A stretch of 64,000 nucleotides of DNA, taken from assembly GCA_050943335.1 (NCBI GenBank), contig JBMNOZ010000004.1:30399-94398 (forward strand), written 5' to 3'. Position 1 is the first letter of the stretch, and each line of letters begins with the position of its first letter. This document shows, piece by piece, positions 56,842-64,000 of the stretch. Source of the DNA: Desulfitobacteriia bacterium (GTDB lineage Bacteria > Bacillota > Desulfitobacteriia > Desulfitobacteriales > Syntrophobotulaceae). The position numbers and the translations under genes are program-made. The notes beneath the pieces are model-generated. The model was not told the DNA's origin. It saw nothing but the letters and a program-made list of their open reading frames with translations, and made no database searches.

Positions 56842-57444
56842 ATGGTGAAGAACAAGGAAGGGATGTTGGTAGTGGTCTCCGGTCCCGCGGGAGTCGGCAA
56901 GGGGACAATCTGTCGAGAACTGCTTCAGCATCTGGAGCTGGAGTATTCGGTTTCTGTGACGACCCGGAAACCTCGACCGGGTGAAACCGAAGGTAAAGAA
57001 TACTATTTCCGTTCGCGAGAACAATTTTTTCAAATGGTTGAAAATAACGAACTGTTAGAGTGGGCAGAGTTTTGTGGAAATTATTATGGCACGCCAAAGT
57101 TTCATGTGGAAAAGATCTTACAACAAAAGAAGATAATGCTTTTGGAAATAGATATCCAGGGCGCTGAACAAGTAAAAAAGTTATACCCGCAAGGGGTCTA
57201 TATTTTTATAGTGCCTCCCTCTTTAAAAGTTTTAGCGGAAAGACTTTATGGGCGGGGAACAGAACCAGAAGAAGTTATTAAACATCGGCTAAAAAAGGCG
57301 GCCCAAGAGTTGGAAAATATTATGGAATACAATTATATAGTGGAAAATGATTATGTGAGTAAAGCAGTGGAAAAAATTAAAAGTATAATAATTGCCGAAA
57401 CTTGTAGTACTAAAAGAATAAATTTTGCCATAAAGGAGGAATAA
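56842..57444 (+). CDS. gmk: Guanylate kinase
   Basis: SGPAGVGKGT P-loop, TTRKPRPGE, YYGTP. Confidence 0.95.
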   Translation: MVKNKEGMLVVVSGPAGVGKGTICRELLQHLELEYSVSVTTRKPRPGETEGKEYYFRSREQFFQMVENNELLEWAEFCGNYYGTPKFHVEKILQQKKIMLLEIDIQGAEQVKKLYPQGVYIFIVPPSLKVLAERLYGRGTEPEEVIKHRLKKAAQELENIMEYNYIVENDYVSKAVEKIKSIIIAETCSTKRINFAIKEE

Positions 57445-57448
57445 AGAA

Positions 57449-57652
57449 TTGAATCAACCTTCCCTGGATGAACTTATTTCTAAAGTGGATAGTAAATATA
57501 CCTTGGTTGTTGCAACTGCCAAAAGAGCTCGGGCTTTAATGGCTAATGCCGATCCGGAAAAAGAAAAGGATGTCAAGCCTGTAAGCAAGGCTTTGAAGGA
57601 GATAGCCCAAAATAAAATATATTACGAGTATAACCGCGAGGTTAAAAAATAA
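57449..57652 (+). CDS. rpoZ: DNA-directed RNA polymerase omega subunit
   Basis: 67 aa. PSLDELISKVDSKYTLVVATAKRARAL. TTG start. Confidence 0.92.
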   Translation: MNQPSLDELISKVDSKYTLVVATAKRARALMANADPEKEKDVKPVSKALKEIAQNKIYYEYNREVKK

Positions 57653-58851
57653 TGTTTGATGGAAAGCGTATTTTACTAGGGGTTACCGGCGGAATTGCGG
57701 CTTATAAGTCTGTGGAAATTGTAAGTTCGCTTCGCCAATTAGGGTCCGAAATTAAGGTAATTATGACTGAGGCAGCAACAAAATTTGTCACGCCGCTTAC
57801 ATTTCAGAGAGTCGCGGCGGGACCAGTTTACATAGATATGTTTGCGGAACCCAAAACTTGGGATGTTGAACATATTTCTCTGGCCAAATGGGCGGATGTA
57901 GTTTTAGTTGCTCCGGCTTCCGCGAATACTCTAGCTAAAATGGCCTTTGGAATTGCTGATAATCAATTAAGTACTACTTTACTGGCTACCAAAGCGCCAA
58001 TTTTCGTGGCTCCAGCTATGAACCCCGCTATGTATCAAAATCCTGCCACCCAGAAAAACATAGAACTTCTCAAAGAGCGCGGAGTGAGATTTATAGGGCC
58101 AGATAGGGGTTTTTTAGCTTGTGGAGATCAGGGTGAAGGTCGGATGAGCGAACCGGAATTTATTCTTGCGGAGTTAAAAACCTTCTTTGCTTCCAATAGG
58201 CTGTTACAAGGTTCTAAAGTACTGGTCACTGCAGGGGGAACGCGAGAACTTCTCGATCCGGTTAGATATTTGGGAAATTTAAGTTCCGGCAAAATGGGCT
58301 ATGCTATTGCCGGCGCCTTTGCTGAAGCAGGAGCGGAAGTAACCCTTATTAGCGCTCCGACAGCTCTCCCGGCTCCGGCAGGTGTTAAGTTAATTAACGT
58401 TGTATCCGCTTTAGAAATGCAGGCTGAGGTTTTAAAGGTTTTTGAAGAGCAAGATATCGTTGTTAAAGCTGCCGCAGTAGCTGATTACCGGCCTGCTAAT
58501 TACCAGGAACAGAAAATAAAGAAAAAGGGGCAAAATCTTACCGTTGAGCTTATTCCGAACCCGGATATTTTGAAAAGTTTAGGGGAAAGAAAAAAACACC
58601 AATTCTTAGTAGGATTTGCCGCAGAGACCCAAAACGCTGTGGAAAACGCTTTTGAAAAAATGAAAAGAAAAAATGCCGACATGTTAGTCGTTAATGATGT
58701 TACTCTACCGGGAGCCGGTTTTGGTACCGATACCAACATTGTCAGTTTTCTTTTCGCAGATGGAAATAGAATCGACCTCCCAAAAATGAGTAAAACTGAG
58801 GTAGCAAGAGCCTTGGTAAAAGAAATTGTTGCCTTAAGGAAGCAGCAATAA
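57652..58851 (+). CDS. coaBC: Bifunctional phosphopantothenoylcysteine decarboxylase / synthetase
   Basis: [48 protein letters not shown] overlaps the rpoZ stop. Confidence 0.95.
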   Translation: MFDGKRILLGVTGGIAAYKSVEIVSSLRQLGSEIKVIMTEAATKFVTPLTFQRVAAGPVYIDMFAEPKTWDVEHISLAKWADVVLVAPASANTLAKMAFGIADNQLSTTLLATKAPIFVAPAMNPAMYQNPATQKNIELLKERGVRFIGPDRGFLACGDQGEGRMSEPEFILAELKTFFASNRLLQGSKVLVTAGGTRELLDPVRYLGNLSSGKMGYAIAGAFAEAGAEVTLISAPTALPAPAGVKLINVVSALEMQAEVLKVFEEQDIVVKAAAVADYRPANYQEQKIKKKGQNLTVELIPNPDILKSLGERKKHQFLVGFAAETQNAVENAFEKMKRKNADMLVVNDVTLPGAGFGTDTNIVSFLFADGNRIDLPKMSKTEVARALVKEIVALRKQQ

Positions 58852-58864
58852 AGGAGTGAGCATA

Positions 58865-60049
58865 GTGAGTTCTAAATTATTTACCTCAGAATCTGTAACC
58901 GAAGGACATCCGGATAAAATATGTGATCAAATTTCTGATGCTATTTTAGATGAAGTTCTTAAGAAGGACAAAGAGGGTCGGGTAGCTTGCGAAACTACAG
59001 TGACCACAGGTTTGGTTTTGGTCAGCGGGGAAATAACCACAAAATGTTATGTTGATATCCCCAAAATTGTCAGAGAGACTATTAGGGAAATAGGCTATAC
59101 CAGAGCCAAATACGGATTTGATGCTGAAACTTGTGCTATTCTGACCACAATAGGGGAACAATCCAGCGATATAGCCATGGGAGTGAACCGGGCTTTAGAA
59201 GTCCGGGATTTAGGTCGTGATGATATTGAAGAGATCGGAGCAGGAGACCAGGGAATGGTATTTGGTTATGCTACCAATGAAACCGAAAGTTTTATGCCGA
59301 TAACTATAGATTTAGCTCATAAGCTGGCGCGCCGTTTGGCAGAACTCAGAAAATCTGAAACTCTACCCTATTTAAGGCCTGATGGGAAAACTCAAGTTAC
59401 GGTAGAGTTCAAGGATGGGAAGCCGGTCCGGGTTGATACGATTGTGATTTCTGCTCAACATCACCCTGATGTCGACCAGGAACAGATTCGCTCCGATATC
59501 TTGAAAAATGTCATTGAAGTAGCAATTCCGGGGCCACTGTTGGATAGAGAGACTCGTTATTTTATCAACCCCACTGGAAGATTTGTAATCGGTGGTCCCC
59601 AAGGAGATGCGGGTCTTACCGGTCGAAAAATAATTGTCGATACTTATGGTGGGATGGCCAGACACGGCGGGGGAGCTTTTTCTGGTAAAGACCCCACCAA
59701 AGTGGACCGCTCTGGTGCTTATGCGGCCCGCTATGTAGCTAAGAACGTTGTCGCTGCAGGGCTTGCTGAACGCTGTGAACTCCAAGTCGCCTACGCTATC
59801 GGTGTTGCAAGTCCTGTTTCTATATCAGTTGAGACCTTCGGAACTGAAAGGATAGCTAAAGAGAAGATCACGGATTGTATTGTAAACACTTTTGATCTAC
59901 GTCCCTCGGCGATTATCAGGGATTTAGATTTACGTCGACCTATCTATAAGCAGACTGCGGCCTACGGTCATTTTGGACGTCTGGACTTGGATCTCCCTTG
60001 GGAGCGCTTGGATAGAGTCGAAGAATTAAGAAAAAAAGCAGGTTTATAA
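58865..60049 (+). CDS. metK: S-adenosylmethionine synthetase
   Basis: [46 protein letters not shown] 58865 sits 8 nt after AAGGAG (58851-58856). The ORF-track GTG 58856 overlaps the SD. Confidence 0.96.
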   Translation: MSSKLFTSESVTEGHPDKICDQISDAILDEVLKKDKEGRVACETTVTTGLVLVSGEITTKCYVDIPKIVRETIREIGYTRAKYGFDAETCAILTTIGEQSSDIAMGVNRALEVRDLGRDDIEEIGAGDQGMVFGYATNETESFMPITIDLAHKLARRLAELRKSETLPYLRPDGKTQVTVEFKDGKPVRVDTIVISAQHHPDVDQEQIRSDILKNVIEVAIPGPLLDRETRYFINPTGRFVIGGPQGDAGLTGRKIIVDTYGGMARHGGGAFSGKDPTKVDRSGAYAARYVAKNVVAAGLAERCELQVAYAIGVASPVSISVETFGTERIAKEKITDCIVNTFDLRPSAIIRDLDLRRPIYKQTAAYGHFGRLDLDLPWERLDRVEELRKKAGL

Positions 60050-60101
60050 TTAAACCTTTAAATCTACCCCAAAAATGAAAGCTCTGGCAGGAGGAGAAAC
60101 A

Positions 60102-61352
60102 ATGTCTCAAGAAGAATTATTAAAAGGCCTTCGAAAAACCGTAAAGCAAGTTTTGAAAGCTCCCTATTATCAAAAAAAGTTGGCGAAAGCAGGGATTTAT
60201 TATCCTGATGATATTAAGACTTTAGAGGACTTTCAAAAGATCCCGCTGACTGAAAAAGAAGATTTGCGGCAAAACTATCCTTTTGGTTTGTTTGCCGAAC
60301 CGATGGAGGATATTATCAGAATCCATGCCTCCTCGGGAACAACTGGGAAGCCTAGCGTAGTGGGTTATACCCGAGAAGATATCAATTTATGGGGGCGGAT
60401 ACTAGCTAAAGGCTTGCGCAGACTCGGAATAACATCTCGGGATGTTGTCCAGATTTCTTTTGGTTATGGTTTGTTCACCGGCGGGATGGGATTGCATCAT
60501 GGCTGTGAGGAACTTGGGACTGTTGTTATTCCCATGTCCGGGGGAAACACTCAAAAACAGCTTATGATTATGCGAGATTTTGGCAGTACTGTATTGTGCT
60601 GCACCCCTTCTTATGCTCTGTATTTGGGAGAGAGTTTGGAAGAAGCAGGGATTTCCAAAGAAGAGCTCAAACTAAGGATCGGAATCTTCGGCGCTGAACC
60701 TTGGTCGGAACAAATGAGAAAAGAAATTGAAGACAGATTGGGACTAAAAGCCGTAGATATTTATGGGTTAAGTGAAATTATGGGCCCTGGGGTTTCGTTG
60801 GAATGCCTAAAAGGGACGGGGCTCCATTTCGATGAACATTTTTACCCTGAAATCCTTGATGAAAACGGTAATAATCTTCCTGAGGGAGAAATAGGCGAGC
60901 TGGTGATTACAACATTGGATAAACAAGGTTTCCCGGCTTTAAGGTATAGGACTAAAGATTTGACCAGTATCACTTACGGTTCCTGTACCTGTGGTCATAC
61001 AGGTTGGACAATGCAGAGAATCTGCGGTCGGGTTGACGATATGCTTATCATTCGGGGAGTTAATGTTTTCCCAAGTCAAATTGAAGAAGCAATTCTTTCC
61101 GTAAGTGGAATTGAACCGCACTATTTGATTGTGGTCGATAGAGTAGGGGCTTTAGATACCTTAGAAGTCCTTATTGAAGTTAAAGCTGTCGATGAAATTC
61201 GGGAGCTGGAAGATCTTCAGCAGAGACTGCTGAAAAGGATTGAAGATATCACTGGTTTAACTGCCAAGGTGCGTCTGGTTGAACCGAAAAGCATTCCGCG
61301 CAGTGAGGGAAAAGCTAAGAGAGTAGAAGATAGACGTATAGGAAAAATTTAA
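60102..61352 (+). CDS. Phenylacetate-CoA ligase family (PaaK-like adenylate-forming enzyme)
   Basis: ASSGTTGKPSVV AMP-binding P-loop, YGLSEIMGPG, IIRGVNVFPSQIEE. ATG 60102 sits 5 nt after AGGAGGAG. Confidence 0.88.
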   Translation: MSQEELLKGLRKTVKQVLKAPYYQKKLAKAGIYYPDDIKTLEDFQKIPLTEKEDLRQNYPFGLFAEPMEDIIRIHASSGTTGKPSVVGYTREDINLWGRILAKGLRRLGITSRDVVQISFGYGLFTGGMGLHHGCEELGTVVIPMSGGNTQKQLMIMRDFGSTVLCCTPSYALYLGESLEEAGISKEELKLRIGIFGAEPWSEQMRKEIEDRLGLKAVDIYGLSEIMGPGVSLECLKGTGLHFDEHFYPEILDENGNNLPEGEIGELVITTLDKQGFPALRYRTKDLTSITYGSCTCGHTGWTMQRICGRVDDMLIIRGVNVFPSQIEEAILSVSGIEPHYLIVVDRVGALDTLEVLIEVKAVDEIRELEDLQQRLLKRIEDITGLTAKVRLVEPKSIPRSEGKAKRVEDRRIGKI

Positions 61353-61375
61353 TAATTAAGAAGGGGGAGTCCTCT

Positions 61376-61771
61376 ATGCTTCAGCTATCTATTTTTCTCG
61401 AAAATGCCAAGGGACGATTGGCCGAGGCGCTCAATATTCTTGCCGAATTTGATGTGAATATTCGAGCCCTTTCATTGGCTGACACAAAAGATTATGGCGT
61501 ACTGAGAATCATAGTCGACAATGCAGAGGAAGTAGCGGAAAAACTAAAAACACGTAACTGTGTAGTAAAGCTTACCCCTGTTTGGGTTTTACCGGTACCA
61601 GATGAGCCTGGAGGTTTAGCTAAAATTTTGAATTATCTTGTACAAGAGGATGTTATAGTTGAGTACATGTATGACTTTAGGGATCGTAAAAGTGATCAGG
61701 TCCAGGTGGTATTGCGAGTTCGGGATCAGGAATTGATGAAAACAGCAGTAGAGAAATACAAACTGCTCTAA
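61376..61771 (+). CDS. ACT-domain protein (tandem ACT), partner of the PaaK-like ligase
   Basis: LSIFLENAKGRLAEALNILAEFDVNIRALSLAD and a second half PDEPGGLAKILNYL. Confidence 0.8.
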   Translation: MLQLSIFLENAKGRLAEALNILAEFDVNIRALSLADTKDYGVLRIIVDNAEEVAEKLKTRNCVVKLTPVWVLPVPDEPGGLAKILNYLVQEDVIVEYMYDFRDRKSDQVQVVLRVRDQELMKTAVEKYKLL

Positions 61772-61783
61772 ATCTATTAAATT

Positions 61784-61816
61784 ACGCCTTGATTTTCAGG
61801 GCGTGTTTGTTTTTTA
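61784..61816 (+). terminator. Rho-independent terminator after the ACT gene
   Basis: ACGCCT...AGGGCGT stem followed by GTTTGTTTTTT. Confidence 0.6.
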
Positions 61817-61899
61817 AAAACCCGTTTCCCGAAAAGATAGGAACATCCTTTTCTCCTCTCCCATAGATTAAGGAGGGTCTAAATCTGGGAGGGAGAGTC

Positions 61900-63255
61900 G
61901 TGAGCTTTACTATTTCTAAAATGGATTATCGTAATTTAGTGGTCGGCGTGGATACTGAAGTGCAACTACAAAATGGTAATAAGGTGACGGCAATAAATTT
62001 CGATAACGCGGCCACTACCCCACCTTTTGTGAAGGTTATGGAAGAGTTGCGGGAATTTGCGCCTTATTATTCTTCAATACATAGGGGAGCTGGATATAAA
62101 GCTAAGATTTCTTCAGAAAAATATGAGGAAGCTAGAAAAAGCGTTTTGGCGTTTGTGGGCGCTGATAAGAAAAAAGATGTGGTGATCTTTGTTAAAAATG
62201 CTACCGAGGCAATCAATAAAGTTGCTTACAGGCTAATGCAGGAACCCGAGGGCACTGATAAACTTAAAAATTCGACGGGGAGAAAGATTGTTTTATCAAC
62301 CTCTATGGAACATCATTCCAATGATCTGCCCTGGCGGGGAAAATTTGAGGTCCAATATATTGAAGTGGACCAGTGCGGTAGACTAATACTGGATGATTTG
62401 GCTGCTAAACTAGAAAAATACCAAGGGCTTATCCAGTTGGTAGCAGTCACCGGGGCCTCTAATGTTACCGGTTATGTAAATCCGGTCTATAAAATTGCGG
62501 AGTTAGCCCATAAATATGGAGTTAGAATTTTGGTAGATGGTTCCCAACTGATTCCTCATAAACCTTTTAAAATGAAACCCTTGTCTAAGGCCAAACATAT
62601 TGATTTTCTAGTCTTTTCCGCTCATAAAATGTATGCTCCCTTTGGTGTAGGCGTCTTAATAGGTCCTAAAGATTTTTTCTATCACGGAAGTCCTGACTAT
62701 TCCGGCGGGGGAACGGTGTTAGCGGTTACTCATGAAGAAGTTGTGTGGAACGATCCCCCAGCCAAGGATGAGGCTGGAACGCCTAATCTAATGGGGGTTG
62801 TGGCCCTGGCAACGGCCATAAAAACCCTAAACTCGATAGGCATGACCAATGTGGACAGACATGAATTAGCTCTTGCCGAGAAACTGATTAAAGCTTTAAG
62901 AACTATCGAGAGTGTAGAAATGTATTGTACTGAGGATCTGAAACAAGAACGGGTAGGGATTGTGCCTTTTAACATTAAAGGTATTGAGCACGAGATCGCG
63001 GCCAGGCTCCTGGCGGAAGAAGCTGGAATAGCAGTGCGTAGCGGTTGTTTCTGTGCCCATCCTTACGTTCAAAGATTATTGAAGGTGCCTCCAACGACAA
63101 TGAAAAAGGTAGTAGAAAATCCAAAAGAGCCCAAGCCTGGATTAGTCAGGGTAAGTTTTGGGCTCTACAACGATTTTGAGGAGGTGGAAAGGCTGATAGA
63201 AGTATTAAAAAAAATAAACAAAAACAAATGGCGTTATCTAAAGAAATATAGATGA
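61900..63255 (+). CDS. Class-V aminotransferase fold PLP enzyme (cysteine desulfurase / selenocysteine lyase-like)
   Basis: FDNAATTP, TSMEHHSN, and the PLP-lysine motif FSAHKMYAPFGVGVL. A late RSGCFCAHPY may provide the catalytic Cys. GTG start after GGGAGGGAG. Confidence 0.8.
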   Translation: MSFTISKMDYRNLVVGVDTEVQLQNGNKVTAINFDNAATTPPFVKVMEELREFAPYYSSIHRGAGYKAKISSEKYEEARKSVLAFVGADKKKDVVIFVKNATEAINKVAYRLMQEPEGTDKLKNSTGRKIVLSTSMEHHSNDLPWRGKFEVQYIEVDQCGRLILDDLAAKLEKYQGLIQLVAVTGASNVTGYVNPVYKIAELAHKYGVRILVDGSQLIPHKPFKMKPLSKAKHIDFLVFSAHKMYAPFGVGVLIGPKDFFYHGSPDYSGGGTVLAVTHEEVVWNDPPAKDEAGTPNLMGVVALATAIKTLNSIGMTNVDRHELALAEKLIKALRTIESVEMYCTEDLKQERVGIVPFNIKGIEHEIAARLLAEEAGIAVRSGCFCAHPYVQRLLKVPPTTMKKVVENPKEPKPGLVRVSFGLYNDFEEVERLIEVLKKINKNKWRYLKKYR

Positions 63256-63325
63256 ATATTGCATAAAGACCAGCAACCCTACCAAGAATAGGAATACCTA
63301 TTCTTTAGTAGGGGGATGATTTTTG

Positions 63326-63811
63326 ATGACCGATTCCGACAAAAAGCTGAGCATAATTCTTTTTAGCGGGGAATACGATAAAGCGTTAGCAGCCTTAATT
63401 TTAGCGAACTCTGCTCGGGAATTAAATTTGACTGTAAATATTTTCTGCGCGTTTTGGGGTTTATGCTTGATTAGAGACCCGGAAAAACTTTCTTCGGAAG
63501 AAAAAACAACGTATGAAAAGATGTTTGACTTTAGCGTTCCTTTAGGGCCTGAAGAATTGCCTCTCTCCCGCTTGAACATGGCTGGGCTAGGAAAGGCTAT
63601 GCTTTTAAAAATGATGAACGAGAATGATAGTCCTGATTTAAAAGATTTTTTAGAGGGGGCGCAGAAGAAAGGAGTTAACTTTTTTGCCTGCCGCTTATCC
63701 ATGGAAGTAATGGGCTTTAAGCAGGAAGAATTATTACCGGAGGTGCAAGTTTTGACCGCGCAAGAATATTTGCAGGATGCTCTAGAAGCAGATATTCAAC
63801 TTTTTATTTAA
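63326..63811 (+). CDS. DsrE/DsrF-like (COG2210-type) sulfur-relay family protein
   Basis: KLSIILFSGEYDKALAALILANSA...FCAFWGL...GVNFFACRLSMEVMG. Confidence 0.7.
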   Translation: MTDSDKKLSIILFSGEYDKALAALILANSARELNLTVNIFCAFWGLCLIRDPEKLSSEEKTTYEKMFDFSVPLGPEELPLSRLNMAGLGKAMLLKMMNENDSPDLKDFLEGAQKKGVNFFACRLSMEVMGFKQEELLPEVQVLTAQEYLQDALEADIQLFI

Positions 63812-64000
63812 ATTTCCGAACTTTATATTCGATATCCGGGTTATCGGCGTCGATTACAGTTGTGTACTTTTCCTCGTCAGCGGTTCCGTTAGAGGAAGAT
63901 TTAAAATTTCTAAGCCTTTGGCCCCGGCATACCTGATAAATCAACCAGGCGATCATAACTAGGCCAAGGATCGGGATCAAGAGCCAAAGAACTCTAAGAA
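63804..64000 (-). CDS. 3' end of an unidentified small membrane-anchored protein (5' end outside window)
   Basis: Hand translation of the minus strand: ..LRVLWLLIPILGLVMIAWLIYQVCRGQRLRNFKSSSNGTADEEKYTTVIDADNPDIEYKVRKFK-stop. The stop is the complement of 63804-63806. It overlaps the DsrE-like 3' end by 8 nt. Confidence 0.3.
   Translation of the reverse strand, partial: LRVLWLLIPILGLVMIAWLIYQVCRGQRLRNFKSSSNGTADEEKYTTVIDADNPDIEYKVRKFK

Noticed and set aside
63298-63702. 134-aa minus-strand ORF
   Set aside because: It is antisense to the DsrE-like gene, lysine/serine-rich, and has no SD.

Overview
This window is almost entirely conserved chromosomal core from an endospore-forming, probably anaerobic Firmicute. 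Gene content looks Clostridia/Peptococcaceae-like, but the taxon is inference. Spot counts of G+C on individual 60-nt lines run from about 23% to about 55%.

Gene order, left to right:
- A redox/stress corner: PHP histidinol phosphatase, two small unlisted CDSs (a double-CxxC protein and a clostridial 2x[4Fe-4S] ferredoxin), a PerR-like Fur-family repressor, a GH2-like membrane fusion protein and a DUF1858 protein.
- A complete dcw cluster: mraZ-rsmH-ftsL-PBP-murE-murF-mraY-murD-ftsW-murG-murB-murA-ftsQ-sbp-ftsZ.
- Sporulation genes spoIIGA-sigE-sigG, then ylmC, an HlyD-like protein, yggS-sepF-yggT.
- A T-box(Ile)-ileS-lspA-rluD block and a dCache chemoreceptor.
- A PyrR-attenuated pyrR-B-C-K-D-F-E operon.
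- pta, then a small AT-rich accessory patch (response-regulator remnant, alpha/beta hydrolase, Maa-type acetyltransferase, 156-aa orphan).
- mdh convergent with a malic enzyme, rqcH divergent from a Ca2+ P-type ATPase, and a second chemoreceptor.
- dapF-dapL, an AT-rich HExxH orphan, yicC-remA-gmk-rpoZ-coaBC-metK, a PaaK-like ligase plus ACT protein, and a class-V PLP enzyme plus DsrE-like protein.

I found no rRNA or tRNA genes, CRISPR arrays, transposases, integrases, prophage genes or recognisable defence systems. I cannot honestly point to a clear novel multi-gene system.

The items most worth a second look are:
- The apparently catalytically dead GH2-like ectodomain fused to a polytopic membrane domain, next to perR and DUF1858, with shared TTATAA-type dyads.
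- The absence of ftsA, ylmH and divIVA from their canonical slots.
- A receiver-domain gene remnant marking a rearrangement scar beside AT-rich accessory genes.
- The AT-rich HExxH orphan.
- metK coupled to coaBC with no room for an S-box.
- Several regulatory RNA/DNA elements read directly from the sequence: MraZ boxes, an SD-sequestering hairpin, PyrR loops and the T-box.

All family calls come from motif recognition by eye. No searches were run.
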